A stretch of DNA of 64,000 nucleotides from Nannocystis bainbridge. GTDB taxonomy: Bacteria; Myxococcota_A; Polyangia; Nannocystales; Nannocystaceae. Below the pieces are notes generated by a model. The model searched no databases. It worked only from the letters and a program-made list of their open reading frames with translations, and had not been told where the DNA came from. The stretch's first letter is position 1, and every line of letters begins with the position of its first letter. A program made the translations under genes and the position numbers. Shown here piece after piece: positions 1-8,978 of the stretch. Location of the stretch: contig NZ_JAQNDL010000001.1 of NCBI RefSeq assembly GCF_028368995.1, forward strand, positions 3,264,001 through 3,328,000, read 5' to 3'.

Positions 1-2930
1 GGGGCCGGCAGCCCGGTCGGGCGGACCGGCGCGCCCCGGCCCTCCGGCGGCTCGAGCTCCGCCTTCTTGGCAGTCGCGCCCGCGCTCGCCTTGGGCCCGG
101 GCGCGGCCTTCTGCTCGGGCCGCGGCGCCGGCTTCCAGCCATCGGTGATGCCGCGGTCGCGGTACAGGTGCCAGATCGTGCGGACCACGAAGGCGACGAC
201 GTGGCGGTCGGGGCTCTCGCTCAGGCGGAACAGCTCCTCGGGGATCGCCAGGCGAGCGTCGCGGCGGACCAGGCCCATGCCGATCGCGCGCACCTCGGGG
301 ATCAGCGACTCGCAGAACGGGTAGACCGCGGCCGGCGTCAGCGTGGTCGGGTCGATGCGGAAGCGCTTGTTGTCGGCGTTGTCCTCGGCGAACAGCGCCT
401 TGGCGAGGAACTCGCGGACCTCCGAGTACGGCGACTCGACCACGCCGAGCAGCTCGGACAGCGGCGGCGACCAGCGGGCCAGCTCCCAGCGCGCGAGCTC
501 GAGGCCGAACTGGCGCACGGGCGCGCGGGTGTCGGTGAGCAGCGGCTTGACCCGCGCCCACGACAGGAACTCGGCCGGGATCTCGGCGCCCGGATCGACC
601 GGGCGATCGGTGGTGGCGAGGCTGATGTCGGGGTGATGGCGGCGGATGTACTGGCGGGCGAAGTCGGCCTGCGGCGCGTCGGCCGGGCCGGGGCCGGTGG
701 CCATCTCCCACAGCCGCTCGCAGCCGGCCTGCACCGAGTCGCCGCTGAAGCTGCGCTGCTCGCCGGCCAGCATCTGCAAGAACGCGGTCTCGGAGATGAT
801 CTTGATCGGCGCGCCCTTCTCGACCAGCTTCTCGGCGGCGACCTGCTTGCTGCCCTTGCGGCCCTGGCCGTACAGCGGCGAGCCGTCGTCGCCGATGACC
901 AGGTAGTCGAGCTTGGCGGTGACGCTGCCGGAGTTCTTGCCCTTGGCCGCGGTGACCTTCTCCTCGGCGTCGTCGCGCTTCATCGTCGCCAGCTTGCCGG
1001 TGAAGAGGAAGGTCTTGCCGCCGAGGTCGATGGTCTTGCTGCCCTTGGCCGCCTCGGCCTTCGGGGCCTCCTCGGACTTGGGCGCGAAGTCGGCGGGCAC
1101 CAGCGCCTTGGTCATGTATTCGAGGGCGAAGTTGCGGTACTGCGACTCGGGCCGCAGCGCCAGCAGCATCAACCAGTCGAACCCGAGCTGGCTCGGCCGG
1201 AACCGGCGCACGTCGCTGAGGAAGGCCAGCGCGGTGGCGGCCAGGCCCTCGTCGAAGCGGAGCTCGCGGGCCCACGGGCGGCCGCTGGCGATCAGCTCCG
1301 CGATCCACTTGTCCTCGGCCCAGGTCGGCTGGAACGCGACCGCGCGCCAGAACCCGGCGTCGATGTCCTCGGCCTTGATCTTGTCCTCGGAGATCCACTT
1401 CAACAGGGTCGGCCGCGCGTGCGGGTGCAGGACCATGCGGGCGAGGAAGTCCTTGCCGAGCTCCTCGCGCGGGAACTGCGACAGGGCGTCGAGGGCGAAG
1501 CTGGTGGCGCTCGCGGAGATCCGCGGGTCGTCGAGCAGGTCGCGGAAGAAGTCGGCGCCGAGCGTCTTGAAGCTGTGGACCTTGGTCAGCAGCTCCGAGG
1601 CGAACGCGAACACCTTCTGCCGGCTATCGAGCAGGCGGTCGGCGAACCACGCCGGGGTCAGCTCGCGCGCGCTGAAGTGCTTGCGCAGCGCGGCGACGGC
1701 GAGGTCGTGGCCGTGCTGGGTGCCGAGCAGGCGACCCCAGGCGTCGAGGCCGATGTCCTTGCGCGGGTCACGGTCGCCGAGCAGGGTCGCGACCAGCTTG
1801 CGCACCTCGGCGTTGCTGTTGTTGGCCAGCAAGATCAGGCGGTCGAGCGGCAGGTCGCGCGCGTGGGTGCGGGCGTAGTTGGCCGCGTAGGCGCGGGCCG
1901 CGTCGGCGCGCGAGTCGAGCAGCTGCAGCACCGGCTCGTGCAGGCCGAGCTCGCGGAAGCTGCCCTGGTCGAACTTCGGCACGTTGCCGAGCAGCCAGAT
2001 CACGAACTCGTCGACGGTGCCCGAGCCGACCGCGATCAGCCGCGCCGCCCACGGCGCCTCGACCTCGCGCAGGTTGGCGCGGAAGTCGGTCTTCAGCGCC
2101 TGCACCGTGAACTTGCGGACCTGCTCCGAGCGCGCCCGCTCGAGCAGCTGCAGCACCGGCCGCGGGGTCCGCCGCCACAGCTCGGCGAAGGCGCGCTCGC
2201 TCAGCTGCGGCTGGCCCGAGCGGTACAGCTTGAAGTTGCGGCGCGTGTACTTCTTGGTCTCGTGATGGAGGATGTGGTTGTAGACCCACGTGTTCTGCCA
2301 CGTGGTGCTGTCCTCGTAGTGGCGCAGCACCGCCACCGCGCCGTCGACGTAGGCCGGCGCGGCCGCCTCGCCGAGGCGCCGCAGGTACCGCCACGCGCGC
2401 CGCACCAGGTAGCCGAGCGTCGGCCGCGAAATCTCGCCGACCTTGCGCTGCTTGGTCGCGAACGCGTGGTCGAAGCGGACCGCCAGCGCGCCGAGGATCT
2501 CGACGTCGCCCTTGGCCTCGGCCTCCTTGAAGATCTGCTTGAGCCCGCGCCACGGGCCCCACCGCAGCGGGACCTTCTGGATCACGTCGAGCAGCGCGGC
2601 CCGCTCGTAGGCGCCGTCCGAGCGCTTCCACAGATCGAGCAGGACCTCGTGCAGCTGCAGCCGCGGCGGCAGCGGGGTCTCGGCCTCCTTGGCCTCGAGC
2701 GCGCGCATGCTGTCGATGCGGTAGCGGGCCCGCTCCTGCGGCTTGGAGCGCGTGAACTTCCAGCTCGTCAGGTGCTGGCTGAAGCTCGCGAAGGTGAGCG
2801 CGCCCTCCCGCGGCGGTTTGTCGGGCCGCGGGTCGGCGGCGCCGGCGAGGCTCACGATCAAGGTGGACAGTTCCGGGTCGCGGCTGTCCCACGCGCGGCG
2901 GATATCATCGAGGCTGAGTTCGAGGGCCAT
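1..2930 (-). CDS. Large alpha-helical (HEAT-like) protein with an internal BRCT domain; 3' end runs off the window
   Basis: Missing from the ORF track because it has no stop in the window. Translated by hand from ATG 2930 (GGAG upstream): MALELSLDDIRRAWDSRDP... The BRCT motif GKTFLFTGKLATMKRDDAEEKVTAAKGKNSGSVTAKLDYLVIG...SKQVAAEKL...IKIISETAF lies at about 780-1030. Codon usage is typical high-GC3. Confidence 0.8.
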   Translation of the reverse strand, partial: MALELSLDDIRRAWDSRDPELSTLIVSLAGAADPRPDKPPREGALTFASFSQHLTSWKFTRSKPQERARYRIDSMRALEAKEAETPLPPRLQLHEVLLDLWKRSDGAYERAALLDVIQKVPLRWGPWRGLKQIFKEAEAKGDVEILGALAVRFDHAFATKQRKVGEISRPTLGYLVRRAWRYLRRLGEAAAPAYVDGAVAVLRHYEDSTTWQNTWVYNHILHHETKKYTRRNFKLYRSGQPQLSERAFAELWRRTPRPVLQLLERARSEQVRKFTVQALKTDFRANLREVEAPWAARLIAVGSGTVDEFVIWLLGNVPKFDQGSFRELGLHEPVLQLLDSRADAARAYAANYARTHARDLPLDRLILLANNSNAEVRKLVATLLGDRDPRKDIGLDAWGRLLGTQHGHDLAVAALRKHFSARELTPAWFADRLLDSRQKVFAFASELLTKVHSFKTLGADFFRDLLDDPRISASATSFALDALSQFPREELGKDFLARMVLHPHARPTLLKWISEDKIKAEDIDAGFWRAVAFQPTWAEDKWIAELIASGRPWARELRFDEGLAATALAFLSDVRRFRPSQLGFDWLMLLALRPESQYRNFALEYMTKALVPADFAPKSEEAPKAEAAKGSKTIDLGGKTFLFTGKLATMKRDDAEEKVTAAKGKNSGSVTAKLDYLVIGDDGSPLYGQGRKGSKQVAAEKLVEKGAPIKIISETAFLQMLAGEQRSFSGDSVQAGCERLWEMATGPGPADAPQADFARQYIRRHHPDISLATTDRPVDPGAEIPAEFLSWARVKPLLTDTRAPVRQFGLELARWELARWSPPLSELLGVVESPYSEVREFLAKALFAEDNADNKRFRIDPTTLTPAAVYPFCESLIPEVRAIGMGLVRRDARLAIPEELFRLSESPDRHVVAFVVRTIWHLYRDRGITDGWKPAPRPEQKAAPGPKASAGATAKKAELEPPEGRGAPVRPTGLPA

Positions 2931-3148
2931 CGCCTGCTCCCGAGAAGGGGAGCCGGAGCATGCCGCGATACGTCGTAGGCTTTCAACTGTCGCGGTCGCG
3001 CCCAGGCTGTCCATTTGGACAGGTGATGCGCTCGATCCCGCGCCGCGATCGGGGCATCCCCCGGCATTTGGGTGGCGCTCGCGGGGCCATCCTTGCAGGT
3101 ACAGATCGCTCCGAGATCCTCCGCGCGGCCCGTGATAAAAGCTTCGGC

Positions 3149-3619
3149 ATGACGACCTCCCGGACCCCGTGGACCCTCGCGCTGTGCCTCGCCTCCCTCG
3201 TCGCCTTGCCGAGCTGCAAGAAGGAAGCGACGACGTCCCCCGACGGCGACGGCGGCAACGGTGACGCGGCGGCGGGCGACGGCGGGGGCAACGGCGGCGG
3301 CGGGGGCGGCTCCGGGGACGTGAACGAGGAGCCCCTCACCGCCGACTCGTTCGAGGAGGCGATGCAGGCCAAACAGGGCGATGTCGCCGACTGCTTCGCC
3401 CAGGCCAAGGCGGCCAAGCCCGAACTGGCCGGCAAGCTGGCGATCGACGTGACGGTGGCCGGCGACGGCACGGTGTCGGCGATCAAGTTCACCGACTCGA
3501 GCACGATCAAGGAGGCGAGCATCACCTCCTGCATCGAAGAGAAGGCCCGCGGCTGGAAGTTCGGCAAGACCAGCGACGGCAACCCGATGACGCTGGGCTA
3601 CTCGCTCAATCTTTCATGA
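3149..3619 (+). CDS. Lipoprotein with AgmX/PglI-type (TonB C-terminal-like) domain
   Basis: Signal peptide ending LPSC, a Gly-rich linker, then DVADCFAQAK...LAGKLAIDVTVAGDGTV...ITSCIEEKARGWKF. Confidence 0.75.
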   Translation: MTTSRTPWTLALCLASLVALPSCKKEATTSPDGDGGNGDAAAGDGGGNGGGGGGSGDVNEEPLTADSFEEAMQAKQGDVADCFAQAKAAKPELAGKLAIDVTVAGDGTVSAIKFTDSSTIKEASITSCIEEKARGWKFGKTSDGNPMTLGYSLNLS

Positions 3620-4128
3620 GGCCCGACGCGCGGGGGATCTCCTCGCCTGTCCTCGAGGACAGGCCGATACCGACCGCCCGCGCCGCGCTGCTCGCCTGCC
3701 TCCCCCTCGCCTGCAGCTCAAAGACCGAAGGCAGCGCGAGCGCGACCACCGACCCGGGCACCACCCAGCCGGAGTCGACGTCGACCACCGGCACCTCTGC
3801 CGCACCGACGTCGGCCACGGGCTCGTCGTCGACGGCGACCACTACCGCCGGCCCGAGCACCTCGACGACCTCGATGACGACCTCGACCTCGACGGGCGTA
3901 GAGACCGGCCCGCTCGGGGCCTGTGCCCTCGAGCCCGTCACGGTGCGCTGCGACAACTTCCTCGTCGGCTACTACTTCGATCCAGTGACGATGACCTGCA
4001 AGTCGTTCGACCACGGCGAGTGCGGCGGCGAGGTCGTCCCGTTCGAGACGCTCGCGGACTGCCTCGTCGCGTGCGAGGGCTGCGAGACCGACTGTGAGAC
4101 CTCGACAGGCTCTTCGAGCGGCGCTTGA
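3616..4128 (+). CDS. Lipoprotein with Thr/Ser linker and BPTI/Kunitz-like domain
   Basis: PLAC lipobox; CALEPVTVRC...YYFDPVTMTCKSFDHGECGGEVVPFETLADCLVAC has Kunitz six-Cys spacing; start uncertain. Confidence 0.75.
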   Translation: MRPDARGISSPVLEDRPIPTARAALLACLPLACSSKTEGSASATTDPGTTQPESTSTTGTSAAPTSATGSSSTATTTAGPSTSTTSMTTSTSTGVETGPLGACALEPVTVRCDNFLVGYYFDPVTMTCKSFDHGECGGEVVPFETLADCLVACEGCETDCETSTGSSSGA

Positions 4129-4234
4129 GCACGCGTCGGCACGATCGCGGCACCGAACGAGCGAGCGCCAGTCGCCGCCCTGGGGCGCGTTCGCGTGACA
4201 GATCCGAACCCCGGTGGCATGCTGTGCGGCGTTC

Positions 4235-5461
4235 ATGTCGATCGCCCGCCTCCAGCTCAAGGACTTCACGGTCTTCAAGCAGGTCAGCTTCGAGTTCTGC
4301 CCGGGGATCAACGTGCTCATGGGCGAGAACGGCACGGGGAAGTCGCACGTGCTCAAGGCGATGTACGCGGCGCTGCGTGGGACCGAAGAGGTCGCCGAGT
4401 CGAAGAATGGTCCACTGACCGACGAGACCCGCCCTGAGATCCTGTACTTCGTCAAACTCATGTGGGTCTTTCGCCCAGATTCGCTCTCTCCTCGTCGCCT
4501 GCTCCGCCGCGGAAGCGACAAACTCTGGGAGGTCCAGCTCGTCGATGCTCGCAGAAACAAGCTGAACATGCGCTGCGAGCCGCGGGGACGCGAATTCGCG
4601 TCGGTGGACTCCGACCTGCAACCTCAGCGCTCCCTGTTCGTCCCGCCGCGCGAAGTCCTGGCGATGTACAAGGGCTTCGTCGCCGCCTACGAGGGCCGCG
4701 AACTCGACTTCGACGAGACCTACTACGACATCTGCAAGGCCCTCGGAGCAGCCCCGCTCCGCGGTGCGCGTGCAGAAGCGATCCGAAACCTGCTCGCGCC
4801 CTTGGAAAAAATCCTGGGCGGGAAGGTGCTGCTGAAGGGCGATCGCTTCTACGTGCAGCAAGGCGACGCCGAGACCGAGGCCCATCTGCTCGCCGAAGGA
4901 TTGCGGAAGATCGCCGGCCTCGCCTACCTCGTGGCCAACGGTTCGCTGACGCGTGACACGGCGTTGTTCTGGGACGAACCCGAGGCCAGCCTGAACCCGC
5001 GGCTCGTCGTACAGGTGGTCGAATTCCTGCGCGCGCTGGCACGCGCCGGCGTGCAGGTGTTCCTCGCCAGCCACGACTTCTTGTTGTTGCACCGACTCTC
5101 GCAACCGACCGAGCATGCGCTCGATTCGGAGGTGCCGATCCGGTTCTTCTCGTTGCATCGGCCGAAGCCGGACGCGCCGGTCGAGGTCGAGACCGGGGCG
5201 ACCCTCGCGGACATCGAGCACAACGCGATCCTCGACGAGTTCGCTCGCTACTACGACGACGAGCGCGCGTACTCCTGGCGAGAGATGACGGCCGATGCGC
5301 CCCCGCCCCCGCCGTCGAGGCAGCCGGGCAAAAAGGTCCGCAGGGCCGCCGCGAAGACTCCTGCGCGATCCGTCACCGCCAAGGTCCGTACCCGGAAGGT
5401 CCCAGCGGGGCGATCGAAGAAGCAGCCTTCAGCGCGCAAGAAGGCTGCGAAGAAGTCATGA
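4235..5461 (+). CDS. ABC-type (AAA_15/AAA_21-like) ATPase with Lys-rich C-terminal tail
   Basis: Walker A GENGTGKS, degenerate signature LAEGLRK, Walker B/D-loop LFWDEPEASLNP, H-loop ASHD. Confidence 0.9.
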   Translation: MSIARLQLKDFTVFKQVSFEFCPGINVLMGENGTGKSHVLKAMYAALRGTEEVAESKNGPLTDETRPEILYFVKLMWVFRPDSLSPRRLLRRGSDKLWEVQLVDARRNKLNMRCEPRGREFASVDSDLQPQRSLFVPPREVLAMYKGFVAAYEGRELDFDETYYDICKALGAAPLRGARAEAIRNLLAPLEKILGGKVLLKGDRFYVQQGDAETEAHLLAEGLRKIAGLAYLVANGSLTRDTALFWDEPEASLNPRLVVQVVEFLRALARAGVQVFLASHDFLLLHRLSQPTEHALDSEVPIRFFSLHRPKPDAPVEVETGATLADIEHNAILDEFARYYDDERAYSWREMTADAPPPPPSRQPGKKVRRAAAKTPARSVTAKVRTRKVPAGRSKKQPSARKKAAKKS

Positions 5462-6060
5462 CCGATCCGAGCCGGACGTTTCGCGAGGAGGACCTCGACT
5501 TCAGCTTCGACGCGAGCTGGACGGTCGCTCGCCAGTGGGACAAGGAGTCGGTGTTCCTGGCCTTGCGCGATCGCGTGCCTGGGTCGCACGGGGTCGACTT
5601 CGTCGGTGTGCGGGCCGGCAAACCGAGCCTCTTCCTCATCGAAGTGAAGGACTACCGCACGAGCGAGGACCGCGGCTCGACCCGCGACAAAGTGGAGAAC
5701 AGCGGGGAGAGGCTGGCCGAGCTCGTCGGCGCGAAGGTCCGCGATACCGTCGCGGGGCTCATCGGTGCGGCCCGAGCGGCCCGAGACCCGGACTGGCGAT
5801 CGGCCCGGCTCGCGCTCGCCGGTGAGCAAGGCGATGTGTGGGTGGTGTTGTGGATCGAGCACGCCGGTCTGGCCAGCCCAGCAAAGGTCCGCCGTCAGCG
5901 CGAGAGCGTGGGAGCCGGGGTCCTGCAAGAGAGCATTCGCAGACGCTGCCGCTGGTTGCACGCTCGCGCTCTCGTATGCTCGCGCGACGGCGAGTGTTTG
6001 CCTGGCCTCACTGTGCGGAGCATCGCTCAAGCCGAGCGTGCCCCAGGCCGTCGACGCTGA
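5458..6060 (+). CDS. Putative PD-(D/E)XK-like nuclease, translationally coupled to the ATPase
   Basis: ATGA start/stop overlap with the ATPase; motif GVDFVG...LFLIEVKDYR. Confidence 0.6.
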   Translation: MTDPSRTFREEDLDFSFDASWTVARQWDKESVFLALRDRVPGSHGVDFVGVRAGKPSLFLIEVKDYRTSEDRGSTRDKVENSGERLAELVGAKVRDTVAGLIGAARAARDPDWRSARLALAGEQGDVWVVLWIEHAGLASPAKVRRQRESVGAGVLQESIRRRCRWLHARALVCSRDGECLPGLTVRSIAQAERAPGRRR

Positions 6061-6209
6061 CCGGCGCCCGTCCGACGAAAAACCCCGGCGCAAGTCTCTC
6101 GCAACCGACAGCGGGCAGGCCTGGCGATAGCCCGCGCTCGAAGCGCGCGACCCCTCTGCAGACGATGTCCTGTTGAAAGTCGAGGGCACGCGGGGTGTAC
6201 CGTGGCAGC

Positions 6210-8354
6210 ATGCCTCGCTCGCGGTCTCTCACCTTCCCTCGCATCCTGTCTGTCGCGTCGCTGCTCGCTCTCGCCTGTGGCGGCGACCCTGCGACCACGA
6301 CCGGCACGGACGGCGAGACCGGCGGCAGCGAGACCCAGGCGACGACCACCGCGGGGCCGACGGGCGGCGAGACCGAGACGCTGACCGGGCCGACCACCGG
6401 CACGCCGACCTCGAGCACGAGCACCGATTCGACCGCGAGCACCGGGCCGACCTCCACCTCGACCGACGCGACGACGACCGAGGGCACGACCACCGGGGGC
6501 GTGACCGAGGGCGGTCTGTCGCAGCGCGGCAGCGATCCGGTGGTGCTGGTCGGCGGGCAGGTGCCGGGCCTCGCGGGCGTGGCGGCCGGCGATGTCGTCG
6601 GCTTCGCGCGCAAGGACGGCGCCTGGCTGCAGATCCCGCTGCAAGTGGACGAGCGGGTGCTGGTCGATTTCTGCACGATCTACGCCGAGGAGCTGCTCGG
6701 CGAGAACGCGCCGTGCAAGACGGCGAAGACGATCCAGGCGCTGTTCTACGCCGACCCGAACACGTACACCGGCGCCGACACCGACCCCGCGCTCGACCTC
6801 GACGACGAGGTCGTGTTCATGGCCCGCGACGCCGGCGATCGCACCGCGCCCGGCGACGAGCCCGAGGGCGTGGTCGCGGGCTCGGGCGTGGAGGTCGAGC
6901 TGCTCGACGGCGACGAAAAGGCGTGGGTCTATCTGTTCGCGCGCGCCGGCGGCGAGCTCGAGCCGGGCGCGGGCGTCGACCTGATCGGCTACGAGCTCGT
7001 GTTCGCCGGCGACATCGACTACAAGACCGAGTACCCGTTCATCGGCAAGGGCAGCTGCGGCAACGCGACCTGCGACCCGCCGATCCTCGAGGACTCGACG
7101 GTCACGAGCCCGCACTACCAGCGTCACTTCTCGGCGCGGTGGGTGACCGACAGCCTGCGCATTACCTTGCCGGAGTCGACCGGCGAGGACATCCTCGACA
7201 TCGCCCAGGCCCGCTTCGCGCCCAGCTACTGCGGCCGCCACGTGCTGACGTTCTCGACGTCGGAGGGGGCGTTCGCGGCCAACATCGACGGACCGGTGCG
7301 GGCGATCCGCTCGTACTTCGGGGCCAACAGCGGGCCGCTGACGCAGCGCACGCACCTGTTCTACGACCGCGTCGAGGTGGTGCAGACGTTCCTGCGCGTG
7401 CACCCGATCCCCGCGATCATGGAGCTCATCGACTACGCGCCCGAGGCCGGCGGGATGACGTACTACAACGAGCACAACGAGGCGGGCCTGCCGATCGACG
7501 GCGAGCCCGACTTCGGCTTCGACGACACCCGGTTCTCGTGGGAGCTGGTCAGCGGGCCGCACGGCAGCGTGGTCAGCGTGCTCGACCCGCGGCTGTCGCA
7601 GCCGCTGACGGTGGTCGGTTACTTCGAGGACAACCTGAACACGCCGAACGACCAGTGCTCGGCCTCGAACACGCTCGACGCGCCCGACGACGCGGCGTTC
7701 GGGACGTCGGGGGTGTGGATCACTTCGGCGATCCCCGAGACCGACCCGCGCAACGGGGCGCAGGACCACGTGTTCATCCAGCGCACGAGCTTCTACGAGC
7801 CGCCGAACCTGTCGGTCGCGGACGCGAAGCTGCTGGCGGGGCGGATCCAGGCGCCGCTGCAGCCGCTGGCCCGCAGCTTCTCGGCGGCGCTCGGCGAGAC
7901 CTGCGGCGACGGGACGTGCGCAGCCGGGGAGGAGGCGAGCTGCCCGCTCGACTGCAATCCGTTCGCGGCGAGCTGCGGCGACGGGCTGTGCGACCCGTGG
8001 GAGACTTCGGTGAGCTGCGGCGAGGACTGCGGCGGCGGCGTCATGCCGGGGCCGGGCTGCGGCGACGCGACGTGCGACGCGGACGAGCACGAACTGAGCT
8101 GCGCGGCCGACTGCTGGATCGGGCCGTTCGAGCCGCTGGTGGGCTGCATGGAGCAGGCGTGCCCGGCGCAGAAGGGGGCGTGCAGCGACGAGCAGGCGTG
8201 CGTCGATCGCATCGTGTGCGTGGCGGAGTGCGTGGGCGGCGGGGGAGCGATCAACGCTTGCGCGGCGATGTGCGCGATGCAGGTGCCGGCGACGCCCGAG
8301 CAGGCAGGGTTCGCGAATGCGCTGATGATGTGCACGCAGCAGAACTGCTTGTAG
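6210..8354 (+). CDS. Large lipoprotein: Thr-rich linker, unknown central domain, Cys-rich CGDG repeats
   Basis: LALAC lipobox, T/S-rich tether, three CGDx(x)C repeats and a Cys-rich helical C-terminus; TACCGT 6 nt before ATG. Confidence 0.8.
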   Translation: MPRSRSLTFPRILSVASLLALACGGDPATTTGTDGETGGSETQATTTAGPTGGETETLTGPTTGTPTSSTSTDSTASTGPTSTSTDATTTEGTTTGGVTEGGLSQRGSDPVVLVGGQVPGLAGVAAGDVVGFARKDGAWLQIPLQVDERVLVDFCTIYAEELLGENAPCKTAKTIQALFYADPNTYTGADTDPALDLDDEVVFMARDAGDRTAPGDEPEGVVAGSGVEVELLDGDEKAWVYLFARAGGELEPGAGVDLIGYELVFAGDIDYKTEYPFIGKGSCGNATCDPPILEDSTVTSPHYQRHFSARWVTDSLRITLPESTGEDILDIAQARFAPSYCGRHVLTFSTSEGAFAANIDGPVRAIRSYFGANSGPLTQRTHLFYDRVEVVQTFLRVHPIPAIMELIDYAPEAGGMTYYNEHNEAGLPIDGEPDFGFDDTRFSWELVSGPHGSVVSVLDPRLSQPLTVVGYFEDNLNTPNDQCSASNTLDAPDDAAFGTSGVWITSAIPETDPRNGAQDHVFIQRTSFYEPPNLSVADAKLLAGRIQAPLQPLARSFSAALGETCGDGTCAAGEEASCPLDCNPFAASCGDGLCDPWETSVSCGEDCGGGVMPGPGCGDATCDADEHELSCAADCWIGPFEPLVGCMEQACPAQKGACSDEQACVDRIVCVAECVGGGGAINACAAMCAMQVPATPEQAGFANALMMCTQQNCL

Positions 8355-8421
8355 AGGTGGGGTTCGCTGGGGGGTCGCGGGGGGCCGGGGTGGTTCGCGA
8401 ATTGCCGACTGCGCCTCGCGG

Positions 8422-8523
8422 GGGGTCCGGGGAAGGGCCGGCCGCGAGTTAACCGGCTGCATGGACGCTCGTTCCTCGCACCCATGCCGCCTCTAATTCG
8501 CGGCCGGCCCTTCCCCGAACCCC
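8422..8523. repeat. Long inverted repeat (REP/MITE-like hairpin)
   Basis: 30-bp arms at 8422-8451 and 8494-8523 are complementary at 28/30 positions; inner GCATGG/CCATGC stem. Confidence 0.85.
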
Positions 8524-8666
8524 TGGCACGGCTGCAGCCGTGAGGGGCCGACTCGCCGTCGTCGGCTTCGATGGGGATTTGTGCTTGCGAGCAAGGCGTG
8601 GGGCGACTGTTCGACGGCCAGGGCTGGCCGCCGAACAGACGCCTCTTCGCGACCATAACGGCGTGT

Positions 8667-8915
8667 CCTCGGACCGCGACGATTCGCCGCTCGAAGTTCT
8701 GACGCGTCGGTGACGGGACGTCCTCGGGCCGCGGTGAGTCTCTGCTCGAAGTTCTCGATGCGTCAGTGACGGAGCGTCTTCGACCGCGACGAGTTACCGC
8801 TCGAAGTTCTCGGCGCGTCAGTGACGACGAGTTCTCGACCGCGACGAATCTCCGCCCGAAGTTCTCGGCGCCTCAGTGACGGCGAGGTCTCGACCTCGAT
8901 GAATCACCGTCTCGC
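8667..8915. repeat. Degenerate 55-bp tandem repeat, about 4.5 copies
   Basis: CGAAGTTCT recurs at 8692, 8747, 8802 and 8857. Confidence 0.9.
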
Positions 8916-8978
8916 GACAATGGCCGGCGAGTCATCGGACCGCGGCGACTCACCGCCGAAGTCTCGGGCTGCGGCGAG

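Noticed and set aside
168-2978. 936-aa plus-strand ORF
   Set aside because: Antisense shadow of the real minus-strand BRCT gene; no recognisable motifs.
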